A model generated the notes under the pieces. The model did not search any database. It saw only the letters and a program-made list of their open reading frames with translations, and was not told where the DNA came from. From NCBI GenBank assembly GCA_964474085.1, contig CAYYRJ010000001.1, forward strand, positions 91,631 through 155,630: a DNA stretch of 64,000 nt, read 5' to 3'. The position numbers and the translations under genes were made by a program. Of this stretch, positions 19,720 through 28,719 are shown in pieces; the first letter of the stretch is position 1; each line of letters opens with the position of its first letter. Origin of the DNA: an uncultured Planctomycetales bacterium (GTDB lineage Bacteria > Omnitrophota > Gorgyraeia > Zapsychrales > JANLHA01).

Positions 19720-22700
19720 ATGTCAATTTCTTCCAAACAGATAGCTCGTTTTTTGCGCAAGTCCTTATTTTGGCTTCTGATCGTTAGCTTTGCGCTAAAC
19801 ACCACCTTGCCGGCGTATGCCAAAGGGACGGAGGGTTTTTCTTTGCCTAGCGTCGGAGAGCAGGTTGCCTTAAGCTCTGCGTTTTCGCCAGTATTGCTAA
19901 AGGCGGTCAAAGTCAATCCGGATAATCCGTTTCAATTCGATTTTATCGTCGATGTCGGAAGCTCCAATTTGAAAGACGATGAATTAAAAGCGCAAGCGCA
20001 AAAACTGATCCGTTACTTTTTAGCGTCTTTGACAACGCCCGAAAATGATTTGTGGGTCAACCTTTCTCCGTATGAAAAAGAACGAATTATCCCAGAGTCT
20101 TTTGGTACAACTGAAATGGGTCGCGATCTTTTGGCAGAGGATTATTTGCTTAAGCAGATCACCGCGACTTTGCTTTCCCCGCAAGGGGAGCTGGGGAAAA
20201 AATATTGGGAAAAGGTTCATCGAGAAGAGACGTTAGACGTTAGACGCTTGACGCTGGCAAATAATTTAACCCCTAACCCCCAACCCCAAGCCACCAATAA
20301 TTTTAATAAAGTCTGGATCGTCCCGCAAAAGGCTGTTGTCTACGAGAATGGTACTACTGCTTACGTCGACGAAACGCATTTGAAAGTGATGATGGAAGAA
20401 GATTTAACTCCCCCCAGCCCCCTCTTTAAAAAAGCGGGGGAGAGCGGGAGCGTTCAATTAACCCCCTCTTTAGATAAAGAGGGGGAAGGGGGAGTTCTGA
20501 CAACCATCGTCCAGCGTCCATCGTCCATCGTCTCTGGTCAGCCTCGGCCGGATGGCCTCGGCATTCCCTCGGACGTTGCGTCCTCGGTCATACGTGAGTT
20601 CATCATCCCAGAGCTTGAGAAAGAAGTTAACGAAGGTAAAAATTTTGCGCCTTTGCGTCAGATTTACAATTCACTAATTCTTGCAAATTGGTATAAGAAG
20701 CGATTAAAAAACAGCATTCTTTCGCAGGTCTATGTTGATAAGAACAAGCTAGCCGGCATTGACTTAGATGACAAAGAACAAGCTCAGAAAATTTATGATC
20801 AGTATGTCGCAGCTTTTAAAAAAGGCGTTTATAACTATATCAAAGAAGACTATGACCCAGCGACGCAAGAAACCGTTCCGCGTAAATATTTTTCGGGCGG
20901 AATGGGTTTCGCCAGCTCGAGCGCGGCGACGCAATACCGTCAAGGTTTGCCTGAAAATGCTGGCGTTGCAAGCTCTGGATTGCGTAAAATTACGGTCGAT
21001 ACTCGACCATATGACACGAAAGAATTGGAAGACAAAGAAGTTCTTAAGCGGTTTGCAAAAATACAAGCTCAAAATAATGATAAAGCTAGACTTGCGCAGA
21101 GCAAGAATCGTGTTTACGAGGTGTTTAATTTGTCTGGGTTAAAACACATTGATTTTGCTTCTATGTATGAAGCATCTCAATCGGTTGCGCATACGCCAGC
21201 GTGGGGGGGTGTCGTTGCGATTCAGCCGTTATTGACCAAGTTTATCGACGATGTTTTTGAAAAAGCTTTGGATTTTGATGATCCGAAAGCAACTCAGATT
21301 GTATTTTTGCAGGCTGGGGCCCAACCGATTTATGAGACTGCGGTTTTAATGGCCAAAGTTACTGGAGTTTTTCCTGCCGAAAACCTTAAGAGCGTTTGGG
21401 CCACAATGGGAAATTATCGGCAAATGAAGGACGATAAAGAACAACGCTTACTATTTATTAAGTATTTGCATGATCAGGGAGTTTTGTCGCCGAAGACGAA
21501 ACATTTATTAATTGTTGATACCGACGCTGGAATTGTTGAAATCGGCACAGCAGCAATTTTTGCAAAAACACTTTTGGATAATGATGTTCTTCAAACGGCA
21601 AATCAGCGGTTTGGATTAAACATCAAGCTTTTTAATGAAGTTGGAGGTGAAAACACTTTAGATTTTTCTTATTTGTATAGCGCCTATGTTGCAAGTCCTG
21701 CAAAACGTGAAATTCATATTAAGGCTGAAAAAATATCTGGGCAAATAGACGCTAAATTACGCATTGAAGGATATAACGACAATACATCGGACATAGATCA
21801 AGCCATTCGCATTTCTAACCTATGGTATCCTGTTGACAGTTTTGTAAAAACGGCGAATATTTCTGATCGTTTTTCTTTAGATCAGGAAGGGCGATCCCAG
21901 GTGACTTTTCTGGCGCCCAATAAGCAACCTTATGATAATTTGAAGATATTAAATTTACTCCGTGCGGTTGAGGATATTGGTTTGTTAATAGGGACGCTTA
22001 ACGTTATGAGTGCCAAGGGTTTTGATGTGGCAGAGCAGGCGGACCAGTTGATTGAAAGGCTAGAGGACGTTTTTAAAACAAGCGGGGTCACGCAAGCGGA
22101 TATCGATGCTTCCAAACCGCAGCAAGGTTATCGGGCGTCTTCGTCGATCGCGTTTGGGACATCCGCAAAGATGCTTTTAAGTCCCCAAGATTTGGCCCGA
22201 TCAGAGGTTGTTAGCGTTCTACATACAATTGAGGATAGTGTAACAGGAAAACGTCGGATGACTTTAGAAATTAAGTCGCCCGATGGTAAAACTTTTATTT
22301 TAAAACTTTATAGTAAAAGCGAAGATTTCAATAATGAATCGTTGGGGTATGCTGTGGCCGAGAAACTTGGGATGCATGTGCCTAAGCATCAAGAGTTTGA
22401 AGAGTCGTCTGATTTTGATGGATTAGTCAAACAAGCCGTTAAAGTTGGGAATATTCTGCCGCAAATGGCTGAGCCTTACGGTTGGGCACGCTTGATTGAG
22501 CAGGTACAAGAATATAAAACGGATAAACCTTATAATGGATTAGAAGAATTGGTCGTTTTTACACATTTGATGCATTTTGAAGATTACGATAAATTAAAAC
22601 CGCAACAAATTTTTTCAAGGAATATATTTTTCACAAAAGACGGTAAGTATGTCGTTTATGATTATGAAACGGAGTGGGATGTAGATTTTTCAAATAATTA

Positions 22701-23169
22701 TTTTTCTAAGTATAAAGATGTAGCCTATAGAATTGATCAGGGCAGATTAGAAAATGTTATTAAAGTAGCCCGCAAATTAACGGCTGATGATTTTCGAGAT
22801 CTTCTGGTGACTGATCAAAGCCGTCAAAATTTTCAAAAACGGGTTGAGAGCTTCGAGGAGGATATGATTCGACAATTGGGATATTTCCGCGATGAACCTC
22901 AGGCCGTTCGACTCTTGGAGATCGTCAAAAACATGCCGTCATCTTCGGATGTCGGCGGGATTGATTTGACGGCTGGCAAAACGCCGTTGGATATCCGCGC
23001 CCAAAGCGAGCCGGTCGAGTTTAATTTTGACCCTCAACAGCTGCAAAATTTGCAATTCGACGGCTTGGTACCGGTGATTATTAACATTGCCCCGGTTATT
23101 AATCTTCCGCAATTTTTAACCGAAAAACCTGTCTTTCAATCCGCCGGGCAGTTAAGCAGATCCAATTGA
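19720..23169 (+). CDS. Large secreted modular protein, paralog 4 of 4: conserved N-domain, distinct globular core (possibly kinase-like), conserved C-terminal tail
   Basis: Signal peptide MSISSKQIARFLRKSLFWLLIVSFALNTTLPAYAKG. N-domain motifs NPFQFDFIV, WVNLSPYE, IIPESFGTTEMGRDLL, FNKVWIVP, NEGKNFAPLRQIY and YFSGG. The C-terminus is GGIDLTAGKTPLDIRAQSEPVEFNFDPQQLQNLQFDGLVPVIINIAPV. About 50% identical to paralogs 2 and 3 in the N-domain. Confidence 0.75.
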   Translation: MSISSKQIARFLRKSLFWLLIVSFALNTTLPAYAKGTEGFSLPSVGEQVALSSAFSPVLLKAVKVNPDNPFQFDFIVDVGSSNLKDDELKAQAQKLIRYFLASLTTPENDLWVNLSPYEKERIIPESFGTTEMGRDLLAEDYLLKQITATLLSPQGELGKKYWEKVHREETLDVRRLTLANNLTPNPQPQATNNFNKVWIVPQKAVVYENGTTAYVDETHLKVMMEEDLTPPSPLFKKAGESGSVQLTPSLDKEGEGGVLTTIVQRPSSIVSGQPRPDGLGIPSDVASSVIREFIIPELEKEVNEGKNFAPLRQIYNSLILANWYKKRLKNSILSQVYVDKNKLAGIDLDDKEQAQKIYDQYVAAFKKGVYNYIKEDYDPATQETVPRKYFSGGMGFASSSAATQYRQGLPENAGVASSGLRKITVDTRPYDTKELEDKEVLKRFAKIQAQNNDKARLAQSKNRVYEVFNLSGLKHIDFASMYEASQSVAHTPAWGGVVAIQPLLTKFIDDVFEKALDFDDPKATQIVFLQAGAQPIYETAVLMAKVTGVFPAENLKSVWATMGNYRQMKDDKEQRLLFIKYLHDQGVLSPKTKHLLIVDTDAGIVEIGTAAIFAKTLLDNDVLQTANQRFGLNIKLFNEVGGENTLDFSYLYSAYVASPAKREIHIKAEKISGQIDAKLRIEGYNDNTSDIDQAIRISNLWYPVDSFVKTANISDRFSLDQEGRSQVTFLAPNKQPYDNLKILNLLRAVEDIGLLIGTLNVMSAKGFDVAEQADQLIERLEDVFKTSGVTQADIDASKPQQGYRASSSIAFGTSAKMLLSPQDLARSEVVSVLHTIEDSVTGKRRMTLEIKSPDGKTFILKLYSKSEDFNNESLGYAVAEKLGMHVPKHQEFEESSDFDGLVKQAVKVGNILPQMAEPYGWARLIEQVQEYKTDKPYNGLEELVVFTHLMHFEDYDKLKPQQIFSRNIFFTKDGKYVVYDYETEWDVDFSNNYFSKYKDVAYRIDQGRLENVIKVARKLTADDFRDLLVTDQSRQNFQKRVESFEEDMIRQLGYFRDEPQAVRLLEIVKNMPSSSDVGGIDLTAGKTPLDIRAQSEPVEFNFDPQQLQNLQFDGLVPVIINIAPVINLPQFLTEKPVFQSAGQLSRSN
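20404..20499. repeat. In-frame palindromic element, copy 3 (about 97% identical to copy 1 within otherwise diverged flanks)
   Basis: ctccccccagccccctctttaaaaaagcgggggagagcgggagcgttcaattaaccccctctttagataaagagggggaagggggag. The flanking nucleotides are not conserved with paralog 2. Confidence 0.6.
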
Positions 23170-23443
23170 TGGTTGCCTCAAAAAATTTTTCTGCCCTAAA
23201 AATATTGTGTTAATATAAACCCGGATTTTGTATTAGCCAAAGCTCCTGCTTTGGCCAAACAAAATCCGCCCAAAGGGCCGCATGTCTCGACACAGTCGAG
23301 ACGTGCTTAGGTTAATCTTTGTCCCTGCGGGACAACCGAAGGCAAATTTTGCATTTCACTTTTTTGTGCGCGACGGATCGTCGCGCAATAGGTTGTAATG
23401 CAAAATTTGGGATAAAACACATTTTAAACCCCAACAAAGTTGT

Positions 23444-26400
23444 TTGTTTATGCACTTTTCTGATTACGTCCATTTGCACGTTCATACCCAATACAGTTTG
23501 CTCGATGGGGCTTGCCGTGTTTCTGAACTCATTAAGAAAGCCGCCGAATACAAAATGCCAGCCTTAGGCATGACCGATCACGGGAATCTTTTTGGCGCGA
23601 TCACTTTTTACGAAACGGCAATCAAGCACGGTGTTAAACCAATCATCGGCTGCGAAGCGTATCTGGCGCCGTTAAGCCGTTTTGATCGCAGTCCTCAGCA
23701 GGGTGGGGCTTCGCATTTGGTGTTGTTTGCAAAAGATAATACCGGTTACAAGAATTTGATGAAGCTTGTTTCCGCCGGATATTTGGAAGGGTTTTACTAT
23801 CGTCCGCGCATGGACAAAGAAATTTTGGCCCAACACAGTGAGGGGCTCTTGTGCACATCCGCGTGCCTGCGCGGTGAAGTTGCGTACAACCTTATGAAGG
23901 GAAATTATGACGCCGCTTTAAAGTCCGCGTCGGAGTTTAGTCAGATTTTTGGCAAAGGAAATTTTTATATCGAACTTATGGAGCACGGCCTGCCTGACCA
24001 AAAGCCGGTCAATGAAGGTTTGCTTAAAATTGCCAAAGAATTGGATTTGCCTTTGGTCGTCACCAATGATGTTCATTATCTTGAACAAGCGCAGTACAAG
24101 GCGCACGAAGCGCTTTTGTGCATTCAGACGCAGACGTTTTTAAATGATCCTAACCGCATGCGGCTAAAGACCGACCAGTTTTTCTTTAAATCTCCCGAGC
24201 AGATGAAACGCGAATTTTTGTGGGTGCCGGAAGCTCTCAAGAACACCGTCGAGATTGCGGATAAATGTAATTTGGATTTGCGTTTTGGCCAATATCATTT
24301 GCCCAACTACACACCGCCGGGGGGCATGGGAAAAGACGAGTATTTAGAAGAACTCTGTGCCAAGGGCATCCGTGAGCGTTATGGGCTTATGACCTTAGGT
24401 TTGCAAGAGCGGCTGACCCATGAATTGCAGACGATTAAAAAGATGGGTTTTGTCAGTTACTTTTTGATCGTCTGGGATTTTATCCATTACGCCAAGCAGC
24501 GCGGCATTCCCGTCGGGCCTGGGCGCGGTTCGGCGGCGGGGAGCTTAGTCAGCTATTTGCTGGGCATCACGGATCTTGACCCGATCAAGTACGGCCTTCT
24601 TTTTGAACGGTTTTTAAATCCTGAGCGGATGAGTATGCCGGATATTGATATTGATTTTTGTTTTGAACGAAGACAGGAAGTCATTGATTATGTGACCAAC
24701 AAATATGGCAAGGACAATGTGGCTCAGATTATTACGTTTGGGACGATGCAGGCGCGCGCCGCTGTGCGCGACGTAGGGCGTGTCATGAGTGCGCCTTATG
24801 CGGACGTGGACAAAATTGCCAAACTGATTCCTGCCGAGATTGGCATGACGCTTAAGGATGCGCTTAAGGTCGAGCCGCAATTAGCCAAGTTGTGTCAGGA
24901 AAATCAGACCGCCAACGATATCGTCGAAACCGCGCAGGTTTTAGAAGGTTTAAACCGCCATGCCTCGATACACGCGGCGGGCGTTGTCATATCCGATAAG
25001 CCTTTAACCGAATACGTTCCGCTTTTTAAAAGTACTGACGGGCAGGTGACGACGGGCTTTTCGATGGACGGGATTGCCAAGATCGGTTTGTTAAAAATGG
25101 ACTTTTTAGGGTTACGCAACTTGACCGTCATTGACAAGGCTGTTAAGTGGATCAAAAAAACGCGCGGTATTGATTTAGATTTAAGCAAGTTGCCTTTCGA
25201 CGACAAAAAAACGTACGAGCTTTTAGGCAGCGGAAACGCGTCGGGGATTTTTCAGCTGGAAAGTGCGGGGATGCGCGATCTTCTGCGCAAGATTAAACCC
25301 AATCAATTTGAAGACTTGATTTCAATTTTGGCGCTTTACCGTCCGGGGCCGATGGGTTCGGGCATGCTTGAAGATTTTATCAAACGCAAACGCGGGGAAG
25401 CCGCGGTCAAATATCCGCATCCTAAGCTCGAAGGGATTCTTAAAAGCACGTTTGGCATTATCGTTTATCAAGAGCAGGTCATGCAGATGGCCAGCATTTT
25501 AGCTGGCTTCTCGATGACGCAGGCGGACCATCTTCGTCGGGCGATGAGCAAAAAAATTCCGGAAGACATGGAAAAGATCCGCAAACTTTTTGTCGACGGA
25601 TGTCTTAAGGCCAGTCACATCAAGGAAGATGAGGCCAACAAACTTTTTGATTTGATCGATTATTTTTCAGGTTATGGCTTTAACCGCAGCCACTCGGCCG
25701 CGTATGCGGTCATTTCTTACCAAACGGCTTTTTTGAAAGCCAATTATTCCGTCGAGTACATGGCCGCTCTTTTAACCTGCGAAAAAGATAATACCGACAA
25801 AGTTGTCGAGTACGTCAATGCCAGCGAGGAGTTGGGGATTAGCATTTTGCCGCCGGATATTAATGAAAGCATCGTTGAGTTTAACGTGATTGACGAAAAA
25901 ACGATACGCTTTGGATTTTTGGCAATCAAGAATGTCGGTCAAACTGCGATTGAATCCATTGTCGCCAACCGTCTGGCGGATGGCCCGTACACGTCGATTT
26001 TTGAATTCTGCAAGCGCGTAGATTTGCGCGTGACGAATCGCAAGGTTTTGGAAAGTCTCATCAAATGCGGCGCTTTTGATAGTTTTAAGGTTTATCGCTC
26101 GCAGCTGATGGCTGTTTTGGATCGCGCGCTTGAGATGGGCACCAAGGCGCAGAAGGAAGAAGCGGTCGGGCAATTTTCATTTTTTAGCATGGGCGAGGCC
26201 GCGGGCGGATTTAAAAAAGGCGAAGACACTTTTCCGCAGATCAAAGAGTTTCCCAAAAATGAGATTTTAACTTACGAAAAAGAAATTCTAGGGTTTTATT
26301 TAAGTGGGCATCCTTTGACGCATTACAAGACGGAGATCAAAGAGTTTGTTAAACATACGACCAAAGATTTAAAGAGCGTTGTTGAGGGGCAAGAAGTCAA

Positions 26401-26884
26401 AATTATCGGTATCATTAGTGGCGTTAAACTCACGACTACCCGCAAAGGCAATGAGCGCATGGCCATTGTCAAGGTGCAGGATTTGGAAGGCGAAGTGGAG
26501 GCTGTCGTTTTTCCGTCGACGTATCCGAATGTCGCTGAAATTTTAAAGGAAGGCGCGGTCGTGGTTGTCATCGGACGAGTCGGCTTTCGCGAAGAGTCGC
26601 CTAATATCGTCGCCAGCGATATTAAGCGCATCGAAGAAATTTATAAAGCCATTAAGGCCATTAACTTAAATGTTTCGACGGTTACTCAACCGATGTTAGT
26701 ATCTTTGCGTGAAAAGTTGAGTTTATTCCCCGGCAAAACACCCATATATCTGCATTTAAATACGCAAGAATTTAAAAGCGTACAAATCCTAGTCGGCGAA
26801 GATCTTTTCGTCGCTCCCAGCGAAGCGCTGATCAATGAAATCAAGGAATTGGTTGGCGAAGAAAGTTTTTCGGTTGCGATGTAA
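23444..26884 (+). CDS. dnaE: DNA polymerase III alpha subunit
   Basis: PHP domain HLHVHTQYSLLDGA, the pol-beta-like palm, the FNRSHSAAY motif and a C-terminal OB fold. 1146 aa. Confidence 0.9.
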   Translation: MFMHFSDYVHLHVHTQYSLLDGACRVSELIKKAAEYKMPALGMTDHGNLFGAITFYETAIKHGVKPIIGCEAYLAPLSRFDRSPQQGGASHLVLFAKDNTGYKNLMKLVSAGYLEGFYYRPRMDKEILAQHSEGLLCTSACLRGEVAYNLMKGNYDAALKSASEFSQIFGKGNFYIELMEHGLPDQKPVNEGLLKIAKELDLPLVVTNDVHYLEQAQYKAHEALLCIQTQTFLNDPNRMRLKTDQFFFKSPEQMKREFLWVPEALKNTVEIADKCNLDLRFGQYHLPNYTPPGGMGKDEYLEELCAKGIRERYGLMTLGLQERLTHELQTIKKMGFVSYFLIVWDFIHYAKQRGIPVGPGRGSAAGSLVSYLLGITDLDPIKYGLLFERFLNPERMSMPDIDIDFCFERRQEVIDYVTNKYGKDNVAQIITFGTMQARAAVRDVGRVMSAPYADVDKIAKLIPAEIGMTLKDALKVEPQLAKLCQENQTANDIVETAQVLEGLNRHASIHAAGVVISDKPLTEYVPLFKSTDGQVTTGFSMDGIAKIGLLKMDFLGLRNLTVIDKAVKWIKKTRGIDLDLSKLPFDDKKTYELLGSGNASGIFQLESAGMRDLLRKIKPNQFEDLISILALYRPGPMGSGMLEDFIKRKRGEAAVKYPHPKLEGILKSTFGIIVYQEQVMQMASILAGFSMTQADHLRRAMSKKIPEDMEKIRKLFVDGCLKASHIKEDEANKLFDLIDYFSGYGFNRSHSAAYAVISYQTAFLKANYSVEYMAALLTCEKDNTDKVVEYVNASEELGISILPPDINESIVEFNVIDEKTIRFGFLAIKNVGQTAIESIVANRLADGPYTSIFEFCKRVDLRVTNRKVLESLIKCGAFDSFKVYRSQLMAVLDRALEMGTKAQKEEAVGQFSFFSMGEAAGGFKKGEDTFPQIKEFPKNEILTYEKEILGFYLSGHPLTHYKTEIKEFVKHTTKDLKSVVEGQEVKIIGIISGVKLTTTRKGNERMAIVKVQDLEGEVEAVVFPSTYPNVAEILKEGAVVVVIGRVGFREESPNIVASDIKRIEEIYKAIKAINLNVSTVTQPMLVSLREKLSLFPGKTPIYLHLNTQEFKSVQILVGEDLFVAPSEALINEIKELVGEESFSVAM

Positions 26885-26949
26885 AAGTGTGCTCAGTCGG
26901 CCTCGCTCTGATGGCCATAAAGGGCTTGAAAATTAAGCATTTATAAATC

Positions 26950-26978
26950 TTGACATCGTAACACATTGTTTATACTAT
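26950..26978 (+). promoter_or_regulatory. Sigma70-like promoter upstream of hup
   Basis: TTGACA at 26950-26955, then TATACT/TACTAT at 15-17 nt. Followed by RBS aaggagg and ATG 27003. Confidence 0.5.
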
Positions 26979-27002
26979 ACTTACAATAAGGAGGTGAATT
27001 CT

Positions 27003-27275
27003 ATGACGAAAAAAGATATCGTCTTGAAAATCACTGATGCAACTGGAATCAAGCAAGTTGACGTCAAAGCTATTGTTCAGCAGACCTTTGATGTGATCGT
27101 CGAGAGCTTGATGCGCAATGAAAAGGTGGAGTTACGTAATTTTGGCGTTTTTAAAATCAAAGAACGTCGCGCAAGATTTGGACGCAATCCGCGTACTGGC
27201 GCCAGCGTTCCGGTTCCCCCGCGTAAAGTCGTTGTTTTTAAGCCGGGCTTGGAAATGAAACACAAGATTAAGTAA
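27003..27275 (+). CDS. hup: HU/IHF family nucleoid-associated DNA-binding protein
   Basis: MTKKDIV...FGVFKIKERRARFGRNPRTGASVPVPPRKVVVFKPG is the HU beta-arm signature. ATG with a strong SD is preferred over the track's GTG at 26994. Confidence 0.85.
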   Translation: MTKKDIVLKITDATGIKQVDVKAIVQQTFDVIVESLMRNEKVELRNFGVFKIKERRARFGRNPRTGASVPVPPRKVVVFKPGLEMKHKIK

Positions 27276-27307
27276 TCCCATGATTTACAAAATAGATTCT
27301 ATTTCTT

Positions 27308-27338
27308 AAGCGGAGAATATTTTCTCCGCTTAAAATTT
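27308..27338 (+). terminator. Putative terminator after hup
   Basis: aagcggaga-(atattt)-tctccgctt hairpin followed by an A/T-rich run. Confidence 0.45.
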
Positions 27339-27350
27339 GTAGGAAATCGT

Positions 27351-28634
27351 TTGATGAAAAATTTTTCTGTCCCTCGCGGCACAGCCGATATTCTTCCTGA
27401 TGAAATTGGTCTCTGGCAGGATCTTGAGCAAAAATCGCGTGAACTTTTGTCGCGTTTTGGTTATCGGGAAATCCGCACGCCTTTGTTTGAAGAAACCGAA
27501 CTTTTTGCCCGTTCTATGGGTCAAACCAGCGATATTGTCCAAAAGCAAATGTTGCAACTAAGGTCCCAGAGCGACGAAACAGATGCGTCCAATTTCTCTC
27601 TGCGTCCTGAAGGGACGGCCGCGATCGTACGCTCGTATATTCAGAATGATTTGGACAAAAAAGAGGCGCTGTCTAAATTGTTTTATGTCGGCCCCATGTT
27701 TCGTGGGGAGCGTCCGCAAAAGGGGCGCTTGCGGCAATTTCACCAGATCGGTGCTGAGGCAATCGGGCCCAATTCGGCTTCGCCATTTCAGGATGCAGAA
27801 ATGATTTTGCTATGTGTTGAACTTCTTAAAGCCGCTGGTCTGTCAACAGAGCAATTTCATCTTAAACTAAACACGTTGGGTTCGACAGAAGATAAAGAAA
27901 ATTTTTCAACATTTTTGCGTCAAACTCTTTCGCCGCAGTTGTCTCAACTTTGTCCTGATTGTCAGAACCGTTTTGAACGCAATGTGTTTCGGATTTTGGA
28001 TTGCAAAAACCGTGACTGCAAAAATGTCGTTGCCAAACTTGAGTTGAACCATTCCTATCTATCTTCGGAGAGCCGTAGATATTTTAACGAAGTTTGTGAA
28101 GCGCTTGAGAGTTCGTCGGTTAAATATGAAGTAAATCGAACGTTAGTCCGCGGTTTAGATTATTATACGCACACGGTTTTTGAAATTTCGTGTCCGGCCT
28201 TAGGCAGCCAAGATGCCTTGGGCGCCGGTGGGCGATACAGCGGCTTGGTGTCTCAATTAGGGGGGCCGTCGGTTGATGCGATTGGTTTTGCTTTAGGGAT
28301 GGAGCGTGTTTTATTAGCACTGGGCAAAGAAACGGCGCAGGATAAACCTATCGATGCATTTTTCGTTTCGCTGGATGAAACTTCGTTAAAACGTAACTTT
28401 ATTATTTCTCAGCAAATCCGTCAGGCGGGTTTGTCGGCGGCAATGAGCTATCGTTTAGGTTCAATGAAAAGTCAAATGCGTTTAGCTGACAAAATACGTG
28501 CGCGCTATGTTATAATCCTCGGCCAAGACGAAATCAATAAAGGTGTTGTGACGATTAAGAATATGGCCGACGGAAATCAAGAACAGATTGCTTTTAAGGA
28601 AATCGAGAAGATTATTACATTTTTGAAACAATGA
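27351..28634 (+). CDS. hisS: Histidine--tRNA ligase
   Basis: Class II aaRS motifs. The N-terminal VPRGTADILPDE is the HisRS signature, GGRYSGLV and the C-terminal anticodon-binding domain follow. ATG 27354 is a possible alternative start. Confidence 0.9.
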   Translation: MMKNFSVPRGTADILPDEIGLWQDLEQKSRELLSRFGYREIRTPLFEETELFARSMGQTSDIVQKQMLQLRSQSDETDASNFSLRPEGTAAIVRSYIQNDLDKKEALSKLFYVGPMFRGERPQKGRLRQFHQIGAEAIGPNSASPFQDAEMILLCVELLKAAGLSTEQFHLKLNTLGSTEDKENFSTFLRQTLSPQLSQLCPDCQNRFERNVFRILDCKNRDCKNVVAKLELNHSYLSSESRRYFNEVCEALESSSVKYEVNRTLVRGLDYYTHTVFEISCPALGSQDALGAGGRYSGLVSQLGGPSVDAIGFALGMERVLLALGKETAQDKPIDAFFVSLDETSLKRNFIISQQIRQAGLSAAMSYRLGSMKSQMRLADKIRARYVIILGQDEINKGVVTIKNMADGNQEQIAFKEIEKIITFLKQ

Positions 28635-28675
28635 GAGATGGCTAATATTGTCCCTATTTTTAATATTGCTTTAAT

Positions 28676-28702
28676 GTCATCCCTGCGAAAGCAGGGATCC
28701 AT
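28676..28702. repeat. Left terminal hairpin flanking the GIY-YIG gene
   Basis: gtcatccctgcgaaagcagggatccat. Its reverse complement recurs at 29010-29036, so the pair forms terminal inverted repeats. Confidence 0.6.
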
Positions 28703-28719
28703 GTTTTTAAAGACATGCA

